This document shows positions 12,070 to 24,470 of a stretch of DNA of 64,000 nt, piece after piece (positions within the stretch are counted from its first letter, which is position 1; every line of letters starts with the position of its first letter). The DNA is from Chiloscyllium plagiosum (lineage: Eukaryota), in contig NC_057718.1 in the NCBI RefSeq assembly GCF_004010195.1, forward strand, positions 37,943,152-38,007,151, read 5' to 3'. The position numbers and the translations under genes are program-made. The notes beneath the pieces are model-generated. The model searched no databases. It saw only the letters and a list, made by a program, of their open reading frames with translations, and was not told the DNA's origin.

Positions 12070-15005
12070 AAGAAAAAGTACAGCACAGAACAGGCCCTTT
12101 GGCCCACGATGTTGTGCCAAGGATTAATCCTAATGTAAAATAAAATAACTTAACCTACGCACCCCTCAATTCACTGCTATCCACGTACAGTCGCTTAAAT
12201 GTCCCGAATGACTCTGCTTCCACCACCGCTGCTGGCGACGCATTCCATGCATTCACAACTCTCTGCGTAAAGAATCTTCCTCTGATGTCCCCTCTATACC
12301 TTTTTCCTAATATCTTAAAACTATGACCCCTTGCGCCAGACAATCCTGTCCTGAGGAAAAGTCTCTGGCTGTTGACTCTATCCATTCCACTCATTATCTT
12401 GTATACCTCGATCAGGTCTCCTCTCTTCCTCCATCTCTCCAGAGAGACAAGTCCGAGCTTAGTCAACCTCTTTTCAAAAGGCAAGCCCTCCAGTCCAGGC
12501 AGCATCCTGGTAAACCTTCTTTGCACCTTCTCCAAAGCCTCTGAATGTTTCCTATAATAGGGCGACCAGGACTGGACACAATATTACAAGTATGGTCTCA
12601 CCAGGGTTTTGTAGAGCTGAAGCAAAACTTCACGGCTCTTAAACTCGATCCCCCTGTAAATGAAAGCCAAAACACCATATGCTTTCTTAACAACCCTATT
12701 CACTTGGGTGGCAACTTTGAGGGATCTTTGTACTTGCACACCATGATCCCTCTGTTCCTCCACACTGCCAAGAATCCTATCTTTAATCCTATGTTCAGCA
12801 TTCAAGTTCAACCTTCCAAAATACATCACTTCGCATTTATCGAGGTTGAATTCCATTTGCCATTTCTCAACCCAGCTTTCCATCCTGTCTATGTCGCGCT
12901 GCAGCTTGCAATAGCCCTCGATACTATCAACGGCACCTCCAACCTTTGTATCATCTGTAAATTTACTAACCCATCCCTCAACCTTCTCATCCAAGTCATT
13001 TAGAAAAACTACAAAAGAGCAGAGGCCCAAGAACAGAGCCCTGCGGGACCCTACTAAACAATGACCTCCAGGCAGAATACTTCATCTACAACCACTCTCT
13101 GCCTTCTGTCAGCCAACCAATTCTGAATCCAGATAGCCAAATCTCCCTGTATCCCATACTTCCTGACTTTATGAATGAGCCTACCATAGGGAACCTTATC
13201 AAATGCCTTGCTGAAGTCCATGTACACCATATCCACCGCTCGACCCTCATCGACCTGTCTTGTAACCTTCTGAAAGAACTCAGTAAGATTTGAGAGGCAT
13301 GACCTATCCCTCAAAGCCATGTTGACTGCCTCTAATCATGCTATGCTTTGCCAAATAGTCATAAATTCTATCCCTCAGAATTCTTTCCAAAACTTTGCTG
13401 ACCACAGATGTAAGACTGATTGGTCTGTAATTGCAAGGGACTTTCCTATTACCCTTCTTGAAAAGAGGAACAACATTTGCCTCCTTCCAATCTTCTGGTA
13501 CTACTCCTGTGGAGAGTGAGGAGGCAAAGATCTTCGCCAGCAGCTTAGCAACCTCCTTACTCGCAGCCTGGAGCAGCCCATGATAAATCTGGTCTGGTCC
13601 TGGGGACTTATCAATCGTAATGTTTGCCAAAGTTTCCAGCACATCAACTTCATCAATCTTGATCTGGTCAAGCCTGTGTACCAGTTCCTCAAAGTTCTCA
13701 TTCACAACAAGGTCCCTTTCCTTAGTGAAAACCAAAGCAAAAAACTCATTTAGGGCTTCCCCTATCTGTTGAGACTCCACGCACAAGTTCCCTACGCTAT
13801 CCCTGATCGGCCCTACCTTCTCCCTGATCATTCCCTTATTCCTCATGTATGAGTAAAATGTCTTTGGGTTCTCCCTAAACCTTCTTGCCAAGTCTTTTTC
13901 GTGCCATCTCTTGGCTAACCTCAGTCCACCATCTTTCGTAAGCTGCCTTCTTCCGAGAAGCTCCTCGGTTCTCATCATCCAAAGTTCCTTAATCTTACCC
14001 CTTCTTCCCTGTCTCAGAGGAACAGATACATGCATCACTCGCAACAATTGCTCCATAAATAGTCTTCACATGTCTGTTGTGCCCTCTCTGTGGAACAATT
14101 GCTCCCAGTCTGTACCTCCCAACTCCTGTCTGAGAGTCATAATTTCCTTTTCCCCAATTAAACATCTTCCCCCGGCAACTGCTCCTTTCCCTCTCTAAGG
14201 CTATGATAAATGTGAGGCTGTTGTGATCACTGTCACCAAAGTGTTCTCCCACCGCAAGATCTGACACCTGTCCTAGCTTGTTTGATTAGATTACAGTGTG
14301 GAAACAGGCCGTTCAGCCCAACAAGTCCGCACCGACTCGCCAAAGCGCAACCCATCCAGACCCATTCCCCTATATTTACCCCTGCACCTAACACTACGGG
14401 CAATTTAGCATGGCCAATTCACCTGACCGGCACATTTTTTGGACTGTGGGAGGAAACCGGAGCACCCGGAGGAAACCCACGCAGACACAGGGAGAATGTG
14501 CAAACTCCACACAGTTAGTTGCCTGAGGCGGGAATTAAACCCGGGTCTCTGGCGCTGTGAGGCAGCAGTGCTAACCACTGTGCCACCGTGCCGCCGAGCA
14601 CCAAATCCAAAATGGCCTCTCTCCTCGTCGGTTTGTCTTCATACTGAGTAAGGAAACCCTCCTGAACACACCTGACAAAAATGGCTCCATCCAAACCATC
14701 TGCACTGAGGTGGTTCCAGTCGATATTGGGAAAGCTGAAATCACTGAAAACAACCACCCTGCTATATCTGCATTTTTCCAAAATCTGCCCACCTATGAGT
14801 TCTTCAATCTCTCCACTGCTATTAGGGGGTCTGTAGAAAACCTCCAATGAGATGGCTGTTCCCTTGCTGTTCCTAACTTCCACCCATACTGATTCAGTGG
14901 ACAAACCTTCCTCGACAACCTTCATTTCTGTAGCTGTGATGCACACTCTGATCAGCATTGCTACACCCCCTCCTCTTTTTCCACCCTCCCTGTTCTTTTG
15001 AAATG
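12070..15005 (-). mobile_element. CR1 LINE ORF2 relic (endonuclease and RT, frameshifted) with 3' end; HE1 SINE inserted at 14284-14595
   Basis: ORF track fragments FYRPPNS, SDHNS, KSPGPD, YRPISLTSVV, DFSKAFDKVP, KFTDD, VQRRFTRMLPG. Confidence 0.93.
14284..14595 (-). mobile_element. HE1-like V-SINE (tRNA-derived), nested in the CR1 endonuclease region
   Basis: GGCGGCACGGTGGCACAGTGGTTAGCAC head with A/B boxes, V-domain GTGTGGAGTTTGCACATTCTCCC, CR1-like tail and (TAATC)n. Confidence 0.9.
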
Positions 15006-15687
15006 TTCTAAAAAAAATTCTTTATTTTTGTTACTGTTCTCTATTATTCTTAAGGGCCAGAACTAAACATTTTCCACTGAACTGGTCATGATTTATCAAG
15101 CTTTACACCATTCCCATAATCTCTTGTATAAATCTGTTTCGTACAGCCTTGGCTCTATTCATATCACTGATACTGCCCTGGTTGCAGTCTCCCAATTGTT
15201 TTCTTCTTTCTTGCAGCTATAGTGCAACATCTTCATTTATTTTCATTGTGTATGTGGCATGTTTTAACACATCTGAGTATTTGATGGTTCCATTTCTATT
15301 TGTCCTACACTGCTGACAACATTCCAGCAATGTTTCGGTCTCCCTCTCCACATGGTTATTCCATCCTTGATATTCCAACCAGCTCTACATCTCCACTTCC
15401 TTCAGCCACCTTTACAAAAATTATGTCTTGGGTTAAGACATGAATGAAATAAAAGTTTCTTCAATCAAGCATTTGGACAGGGGTTCAAAATACACATGGG
15501 GAATCCACTCCAGAATCCTAAAATCGCTGGGGAAAATTCACTCACACAGTAACCAGATAAAAGTTACAACCATAAACAGAATGAAAGGCAATGGTGAGGA
15601 GGCACACTTGTTGACTACTGCCACTCTTCTTGCTCCTCCAAACACAGGGTAATTCCACACTTGCTGCTGACAGGTTCACTATGAAAT

Positions 15688-15783
15688 ACAAACAAAGTAC
15701 TGGTGAAACTCATCAGGTCTAACAGCATCTGTGGAGAAAGAAATCAAATGAATGTTTAGAGTCTGATATGACTTCTTCAGAAC
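15688..15783 (-). mobile_element. Decayed single-arm Penelope-type 3' fragment
   Basis: Minus strand reads CTGAAGAAGTCATATCAGACTCTAAAC...CACAGATGCTGTTAGACCTG; similar single arms at 18861-18941 and 55110-55300. Confidence 0.5.
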
Positions 15784-16403
15784 AGATTCACTATGAACCT
15801 CCCAGCAGTAAATGTGGGACAGAACCAGCTTGTGATTGAGCAGCAAGATGAGTGGCACTGGTCAACAAAGCAGGAATAGAGGGTGGAAACAGAAGCGAAA
15901 GTGGGCTGCTGGGGAAAGAAACAAGACTAACAGGCATGGGCATGGAACAGCAGTCAGGGATTGGATAGGCTGCAGAGTGAGGCTCAGGTAGAGAGTTTTC
16001 GATTGTCTACAATAAAATACTCACTTAACTGGGTACCTGAAAACTGAGGTAATTAACTCCCTGCAAAATAATGCAACGTTTCTCGATTAAAGATGCAGGA
16101 GTTCAGGAATTAATAGAAAGGGGACATGTGGTGGAGGCTGTTATAATGAACATGATGTCAATTGCATGATTTAAAAATGAACAGTTGCATTTCATGAAGC
16201 TTTACATTTTTGTATTATTACAGTTCAAGGCATGTTACAGGTTATGAATTACTGGAGATGCAGTGTTAAAACAAACACGCCTGTTTCACTGTGAACTTGC
16301 CCACCAAAAGAAATTGTCTGAGGGTAACGGCTTTTGAGTACAGATGCATATCAGTTTAATAAAAAATACTTATTACCAACTTATGCCTACTTAAATATTG
16401 CAG

Positions 16404-16617
16404 TGCAGGACGTTCTGTTTTAACACACGCTTCAGCAATGCAAATAACGCGATTGACGAATTAAGGATGCTATTTCTACAGCATGAACTTTTAAAATGTT
16501 TGTTGGCTGTAACTCAACTACAGTGCCAACACTTTGAGCACTGTTTCTAAAGCGCGATTGTTCTAACATGAGGTTGGACAAGAACATAACCATCACATTA
16601 TAGAAGAACTGACTGTA
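16404..16617. mobile_element. Possible Tc1/mariner-pogo type MITE relic
   Basis: Right end TAGAAGAACTGACTG-TA; weakly matching left end CAGGACGTTCTGTTTTAA. Confidence 0.3.
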
Positions 16618-17059
16618 TACAGGAAATGAATGGTTTCTTTGTGTGTTGCAACTTTATGTTTAGTGCAATGGCGACGATTATTGATGCTACTGATGAGTTA
16701 TTTGAATTGTGCTTCTCACCATAGGAAAAATAGGAAAGCAGCATAAATTTCTGAGTGGATACATCTTGGTAACAAACAAAAACACCAAGGTAAAGAACGG
16801 TGGGGAAGGAAAAGACTCCCAAGTTATTTTTGCACTTCATGTTACGCCTAGTGTGGTGTCATACCTTTTGTAAAGGAGAGATGGAGGAGATGTGGGAGAT
16901 AACAGATGCAGAAAAAAAGCAACATTAATTGCAGTGTGAAGTGGACAGAAAAAACTTTTAAAATTGTGTCAAGCACTAATACCAGCTATATTAGGAATCC
17001 AAAAGGTGGAGTAGAGTAGGCTATTTATTCTATTAATGTAGGTAATGCAATAATCTAAC

Positions 17060-17221
17060 CTGTTCAATGGGTTTCTAGGAGAAGGAAGTAAAGGAATAAC
17101 AGTGTTGCTCAAACATTCACACAGTGGACAAAGAAATTCTCCATTCTCCACATCATAGCTTGTGTGCACTCTTAACCGCTGCTGTCTCCGCTGCTCCTTT
17201 GCTTGAACTGCATCAAAGTAA
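17060..17221 (-). CDS. UBR2: UBR2 exon 18 of 26 (YFDAVQAKEQRRQQRLRVHTSYDVENGEFLCPLCECLSNTVIPLL...), end of RING-H2
   Basis: CAG acceptor, GTTAGA donor, 162 nt, phase 2 to 2. Confidence 0.95.
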
Positions 17222-17857
17222 CTGGTAAAACAAAAAAAACGCTTCATATCATTACAAACAGAAAGTGATACAGTCTGTAAACATTAGAGTAGATTAGAAA
17301 TGAAGTGATCTTTTGAATTTGAGATCTGAACATGAACATTTTGTAAATGGTGTAAGGGAAAAGTAAACAACTGCAAGTTGCACAGGCTTATAATTTTAAG
17401 AGACTATTAGAAAAATTTTAGATATAGCCATTGAAAATGATCTTTGTAGCTGAAAGCCTGCATGGTAGAAACCTGACATGGTAGCAGGTATTTAAACTGT
17501 AGATACATTCCTCCTCATGCTCTGAATATTTAAAAATCATTACTGATCAGGAGCAACACAGTTGAACAGTCATGCTCCTGACTGATAAAATGGTGATGCT
17601 AATTGCTCAAAAACTCAAGACTATGCAGTGGTTCTTTGAACAATAGTTTCATACTAAAATAGATGAAATCACCTTGCTTCCCAAGAATAATCCTTAGCAA
17701 AAATCAGAAAATAATAATAGACACTTAAAGACTTTGACATGGTGGCTGACTATTCATTTCGAGCCTGTTGCTAGCATATAATTTTCTGTAAATAAACTAA
17801 AACAATCTCAGCAACTTATTGCTTCAAAAATATTTGTTATTAGTATGCGGTACTAAC

Positions 17858-17951
17858 CTCTGCCAACAGTGAGCATGCATGATGTGTCCACAGCTACCAA
17901 TATGAGTGCCACAGGCCAAATCAGGCGACATGAACAATGGGTCATGATTTT
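17858..17951 (-). CDS. UBR2: UBR2 exon 17 of 26 ([31 protein letters not shown]), RING-H2 core
   Basis: CAG acceptor, GTTAGT donor, 94 nt, phase 1 to 2. Confidence 0.95.
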
Positions 17952-18355
17952 CTGATGAGAAAAGAAATCATACTTAAAAATTAAAAAAAATTCAACTTGA
18001 AGTTGAACAAGAATATTTTCTGGTACTCGCAACTTGTAAATATTGTTGCTGAGCTCCACCTATAAAAAAACACCCATGTTTATAAGCTGTTAGGCAACAG
18101 GCTATAATACGTCATCTATGGTATTATGATGTAATATACATTTACGAATCACTGGAGAAAAATCTAAATATTTAAAAGGTTGAGATTCAAACAATATTAA
18201 AAAATTGTCAAATTTTCCAGCCTAGTAAAGGAAAATAGAAAAAACAAATTACCAAGGTGCAACTTCACAGCAATTATAGAAAGGAATTTATTTAAGAACT
18301 TTTACTTTCAACAATGGAAAGTACCAGCATCATAAACACCAATGTAAAAAATCAC

Positions 18356-18555
18356 CTGGATCCTGAATGGTCCTTGCTCTATTCTTGGACAAAACTGTTG
18401 ATCTCTGAACAAAGGATGCCAAAACCATTGCTTTGTTGTTCATTCTAATCTCCTGTTCCTCTTGGCACAAAATGCATGTAACAACTTGCTTCTCTTCAAA
18501 GACTCTGGTTTGTCTGGGACCTAAAGCAATCAATGCTGCATCAGGAACTATAGGT
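18356..18555 (-). CDS. UBR2: UBR2 exon 16 of 26 (PIVPDAALIALGP...VTCILCQEEQE...IQDP), start of RING-H2
   Basis: TAG acceptor, GTGATT donor, 200 nt, phase 2 to 1. Confidence 0.94.
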
Positions 18556-20879
18556 CTAGAAATAAAATAAGATAACATGAACATCAGAACAATACACATT
18601 TTATTGGTACACATATTGCTGAGTAGTGATTATCTAAGTAAAGCAATTTTATTACATTACAACAATGATTACTATTCAAGCAATACTCAGTTAGCTGGGA
18701 GACACTTTACAATTCCTGAAGTTGTGAAGGATATGATTAAAAAGAGCAAGTTCTTTTTTACTTGAAAATGATATACATTTGAAACCAAAGAGAAAATCAT
18801 TATCTCTTGTTGCAGCATATAAAATATACTATCAAGCAAAGTGATTGACACTGGATTAAAAACCAAAAGAACTGCAGATTCTGTAAATCAGAAACAAAAA
18901 CAGAAATTGCTGGAAAAGCTCAGCACGTCTGGCAGCATCTGCTTGAGTGTGGATATTATTTAACATCTTCAGATGGTCAAAGAAACCTTCTATTAAGAAT
19001 CAAACCTCAAAACGTCATCTTGGTAAGGCTGCAACTGAGATCACCAAGTCTGCCTGAGGATAAAATTCTGAGAAAACACAGCAGACCCTCCCAAATTAAC
19101 TCTTAAATCATCCTGAAGCAACATTCTTCCAGTAAGCCAGTATAATTATTTGGATAGGCCATAATGTATGCAATATGCAGATAACCTATGACTCACACTT
19201 GGCAAATGCAAACATCACAATGCCAAATGACCAAATTGCAATGAAATTAGAAAATCGTTTTTTTCTCGTCAAGACTCCGCATCCAAGGAAACATTCCAGT
19301 TGACAAAGGCAATAACTCACGACACTTCATCCTACTTCAAGGCAGTCTCTCCATTGTCTTCTGCATTTGTCATTCACAGTTTGATCACAGGAAAATTGTT
19401 GCTCATTGCTCTCCTATACTACAATACGACTCCATGTTTGAATTGACTTACTCGTCTCAGAGTCAAACCCCATCGATCAACTGATCATATGATGTTAAAC
19501 ATACTTCAAAATCAACTTCAGCAGCTTAATTAAGCAACTTATTAAAAAACTGCAAAAGGTATTTAAGGTTAGATATATCAGCAGCTGACTTTTTCTGCTT
19601 CCATACTAATGTTCATCACTTGTTATATTGGAAGATGGCCATATCGGAATAATAGCTGCTGACAGTGTGGAATGACAAGACTCAACAGCAAATAGATCAA
19701 TGCTGTCCTGAAATGCAACTTTGAATTTGCAACGAAAGCTATCACAGAGCACAGAAAGAGACACAAAGCAAACTGAATGCTCTTCTGCATTTGTTACTTC
19801 TCCCAATACTTTAACCAGGCCACAGTTGTATTCTTGATCCCACCATATGGCATAAGAATCACTTGTATAAATGAATACATCTGATTTCCATTCCCCAATT
19901 GTGAAGAATACAAACTTTCCACTACCATCCACATTATCTCTCACAGACACGGAGTAAATAATTCCCTCGTACCTTGCTAAGTTCAACTGCCTCTTCAGAA
20001 AATCATGGGATCAGTGAACAGCATATGCCAATACTAAATGGTCTATGGCTTGGATCCTGTCTTCTTGGTGTTTGTGTTTCAACTACCCATTGACTTGTTT
20101 GTGGCTTCAAGTCTTACATGCCCAATTATTGGGACATCTTCATAGATGGGAAGTAGTCATATACCCTAGTCTTTGGACAGTCATTATGTTTCATCCAAAT
20201 CAAGAATGTTGCCCATCATTTCAATTATAGGTCTCAATTCCAATACATGCTTGATTATGCTAATGTTTCAAGTGAAAAATTGAAGCAACTTGTTCCTTCA
20301 CCATTTTTTCTTTTATCTCTCCATAAACAGTAATTTACGGAATCATCACTTTCTTCTGCACACATCTTTGGCATTAAACACCAAGATAATGGTTATACCA
20401 GAAATGCAAGTGGACGCTGAGTGTTTTGGTTACAAGTTAACTTTATGAAACACCAAAACATCACAAATGAGAAAAGGTACCCAAACATTTGTCCCCAACA
20501 TCCAACAAATACAAATGTTACCAATTCTACTCAATTATGGCAACTTTTATTCTACAGATAGGACATTGATGATCCTAGCTGCACATTACAACATTTAAAA
20601 TGCAATTTGGTAATTGATTGCATCCTTACCTGCAACCCATTCAACTCATTTTTAGCAAAAATTGTGTTAGACCTGTCTGAGATATCATTATCATGTTCAG
20701 ATGTTGGATTTTTAAAACCGAAATTGATGGGTTTTCTTTAAATTGTGAATTTCTTTTATCTCTTTGAAAAGTAATTCAAAATACTAAGCTGATTACATCA
20801 TTTCCAAGAAAGCATGCCATTCAGTTCAGGGATAAGCAGGATAGCAGTGATGCTAATTCATGACATATTTATACCACTA

Positions 20880-21520
20880 CAATTATAATAGACAGAGAAA
20901 ATGTTAGTTTCATTTTGAGTTTAGTTCAGAAAAATGATGAGTTCAGTTCAGGAGATCAATTTCTAACTAGCAGAAAAATTAAGAATTGAGTTCAGGAGAA
21001 GAACAGTCATTCTAAGTGAAGGATTTTAGCTTGAGAAATCTCCTAGCTATGAGAGCTTGTATTGAATAGTCAAAGATTTAGGCCTCCTGAACTGAAAAGA
21101 AGTGTAAACCATCAGAAGAGGAAGCTAAGGCCAACAGGACTGGAAAGAAACTGTAGAACTGTGTCAGCAGTCTAAGAAAGAGAGCTGAAGAGAGTCTGTC
21201 AAGAAAGAAATTAAGAGATGAGATAGTAGTGATATTTCTCTGCAATATTGTATCTGTAGAAGTACATTGGTGAGAAACAGTTTGAATTTTTTTGCTTTTT
21301 TGTAGCTTTGTTATTTATGCTCAGATCTTTCTAAACTGTCATGTTTGTTTCTCTTTTGTACAATAAACTTTTGTTCACTTGTTAAAAAAATTGCAGTTTC
21401 ACATGAATATATTCAGTGACATTACAATCAACCACAAAATATTACAATTATCATTTATTAAGGCAGATTTTACTTGGGAATCCGACATAGTCAATATTAC
21501 TATCAATAGGGATCATAATA
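20880..21520 (+). mobile_element. Possible solo LTR relic
   Basis: Purine-rich then T-rich halves, AATAAA near 21362, ends GGGATCATAATA; 5' boundary uncertain. Confidence 0.3.
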
Positions 21521-21529
21521 TCCAGAAAG

Positions 21530-22620
21530 AACCAAGCAGAAATCATCAGTCTCACCCTGCTGGAATAAGTGAGGAGAAATGTTTGAGGCTGGTGTGGCAA
21601 CGAAGAATAGTTTACCACAATCACATTGGATGCACCTTGTGAGTTGGATTGGTAGTAAACTGGCATAATTATGATTGGAAAGGTTCAAATGTGCAACGCC
21701 AGAGTAGTGGCAACAGGTCGGGGAGATGACAACACATCAAGGAGTTTGAGGAGAAAAATGAAACTGCAGCTGGCATGTAATTTGTAAAGGCAGAGGGAAA
21801 AGGTGGATTATTTTCTAAAGATAGCATGATGATGGCAAATCTGAAAAGAAGGACAGTGTCCAAAAGTTGTGAACCATTAACAATATGAGGTGACATGGGA
21901 AAAGAAGTTTGGCGGTTCACAGCTGAGTGGAAATAACGTCAAGGGAACAGGAAGTGAACTGTATGGTTGGGATGCACTCAGAGAGGACACTGTGAGACCG
22001 AAGAGAAACAATGAAAAGTTAGCTAGGGTGGAAGAAACCTTCAGGAAGATTTGGCTAAAGGAAAGAAAGGAAGGAGCAGAAGCAGCTGAACAGATAGTTT
22101 CAATATTTGTGACAAAGAAATTCATGAATTCCTCACATTTACTCTTGCTTTTAAGAGTGGAGGTGGTGGTGAGAGGGCTTAAGACGATGTTTGGCATGGA
22201 GAAACAAAGCTTTCGGCTGTTTTCACTATCCGGTATGACTTTAGAATAATGAGCAGTTTGGAAAGAAAATTGCAGATTCCGATAGTACTTCAACACAAAT
22301 CTGGTGACTAATTTATAAATCAGTTTTCCTCCATAAACTTTCCTCCATAGACATAAGGGACCAAAATGAGAGCCATACTGGGAGCCCCGCCATGGTGAGA
22401 GATTAGAATAGTTTTATGGAAAAAGGGCAATGGTGGAGGTGAAGGTGCAGAATGTCAGCATGAATTAGATGTGGGAAGAAAAGAAAGAGCATTATACTAG
22501 ATAAGCAACTTTTCCAAGAAGGAAAATTAACTTGCCTTATGTGTTGATTGAGAGACAGTTTGCTCATGTTGTCAAATGAAAACGAGACAAGAACACAGCC
22601 ATTGTTCTCCGACAAATGTT
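21530..22620 (-). mobile_element. Decayed L2-clade LINE ORF2 fragment
   Basis: ORF 21877..22296 (AHYSKVI...CEEFMNFFVTNIETICSAAS) resembles the L2-type endonuclease-RT linker. Confidence 0.55.
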
Positions 22621-22947
22621 AGTTTTAAGATTCAGCACTGCTGGCTCGAAGACAATGTGGAACTGATTCTCACATCTTTGCCAGATGTACCTGCAAAATG
22701 CCACCAGTGGATGCACAAACCCACATGGACAGCATCCTATTTTCCATCTTTACTAATGCTAATTTTCCTTATAAAACATTTGCAATTTTGAGTTCTCAAT
22801 TCGGGTGCTTACACCATGTGATTAAAAAATGTGACCAAAATCTAGACAACAGTACAATTTTCCTTTCAAAGTTACTACAATATACATTGAAACAAGCAAA
22901 TGCCTGATATGTAACACTTATATGTGCTAAAGACCCTGTTGGCTTAC

Positions 22948-23129
22948 CTGTTGTCAGGGGCTGTGGAAGATGAAGCTTCTAGTTCTTCTAATGTCTGTTG
23001 AAATAACTCTCTATTTTCATCAATAAAATGTCTCTGCATTTCTGACATCTGGGCCAATATCTTCTCTCTTCGCAGCCGGGCAATTTCAGCTTTCCGCTTC
23101 CTATCTGCTTTATCTTTATCTCGTGAACA
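22948..23129 (-). CDS. UBR2: UBR2 exon 15 of 26 (CSRDKDKADRKRKAEIARLRREKILAQMSEMQRHFIDEN...), basic-rich region
   Basis: TAG acceptor, GTAAGC donor, 182 nt, phase 0 to 2. Confidence 0.94.
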
Positions 23130-24070
23130 CTACAAAAAAGACGATTAACAGAATGACCTAATAAAAAACAGTTCGTAAAGTAATAATTTCGATCTCAAAG
23201 GCAAGTGAAGGGGCAGTTTACTGAAAGGCAGAAGAGAAAGGCTCGCTGCAGTAATGTTAAGCATTCTTACTTTTTTGTTTAAAAGGTTCAGTCAGACAAA
23301 TGAAAGTATCTATTTTCAATACAATCCAATACCTTGCCACTGCAAGCATTTTCCAGTACACAAATTTATAACTTTATCTAATATAAAAGCAATTGCATTA
23401 CAGACATCCAAAAATGCTAATCAATATTAGAAATGAGCAATTTTATTAATTTAAATGTAAATCACACTCCTTTCAATGGGTCAGACAACTTGGTGAAGAC
23501 TAAGTCAGCCAAAAGTACAAAAAAGGTCTCAAAACCACATATGGTTTTTGGTTCCGAATTAGTAGCTGTAAGTAGTTGGATGTTGTTACTTCTGGTTTCA
23601 TAGACTTGGACGACTGAAGAGTAAACACCAGAAATCCTGCTCCCCGATGTTCTTAAGATATTTATGTTGATATCACATGCACTGTGATAATGCCTGCAAA
23701 TTAACATCAAACTGATGTTGCACACCAAAGTACAAACAAACAAATGTATATTTAGAAGGAATAGTGGGGCCTGTTGATGATATTAACACTGCAGCTTTTG
23801 AAATAGCCAATGCCTCCAGCAGAAGTCAGAAAGGAGGGAGAAAAAAAAAATCACAAATCAAAATGAAAACTTGGAATGTAATAAATGATGGGAAGACACC
23901 ACTGGCAGGGGAAATTTCGACCAGATCCTATTATTAAAAAAAACCCATAAATTACACAAATCGTGCTTTTTGTTACTGAAAAGGTCATACACTATTAACA
24001 AATACTTTTGAAGGATTACAGTAATTTTTGTGCTTCAACAAACATTTTGGAAACTACCTTAAAATTTAAT

Positions 24071-24303
24071 GTTAAAAATCACACAACACCAGGTTTATAG
24101 TCCGACAGGTTCAACTGGAAACACATTAGCTTTCAGAGCAATGCTCCTTCATCAGGTGATAGTGGAGCCCTTCACTATCACCTGATGAAGGAGCGTCGCT
24201 CCGAAAACTAGTGTGCTCCCAATTGATCCTGTTGGATTATAACCTGGTGTTGTATGATTTTTAACTTTGTACACCCCAGTCCAACACCGGCATCTCCAAA
24301 TCA
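24071..24303. mobile_element. Fold-back Penelope-type mini element, family B
   Basis: Inverted arms around 24168; perfect 12-bp TSD TTAAAATTTAAT (24059-24070 and 24304-24315); hammerhead cores on both strands. Confidence 0.82.
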
Positions 24304-24389
24304 TTAAAATTTAATAGCTGTATTGAGCCTTGCTTTCTCCTCCAAGAAAGAAATGTGTTAAGTGGTTCACTGTTAAGGCATTATCTTAC

Positions 24390-24470
24390 CTCTTCCATGC
24401 CATGCCCTTCTGTTTCTATAATAGGGGCCAAATTGCTTCGTTCTCTCATCTTTTTAACAGTTCCAAAAAG
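24390..24470 (-). CDS. UBR2: UBR2 exon 14 of 26 (LFGTVKKMRERSNLAPIIETEGHGMEE)
   Basis: AAG acceptor (less common), GTAAGA donor, 81 nt, phase 0 to 0. Confidence 0.88.

Noticed and set aside
23462..23743. Possible extra or poison exon after TTTGCAG (minus strand, about 23694)
   Set aside because: The flanking exons already join in frame, there is no UBR similarity and no convincing donor; it needs RNA evidence.
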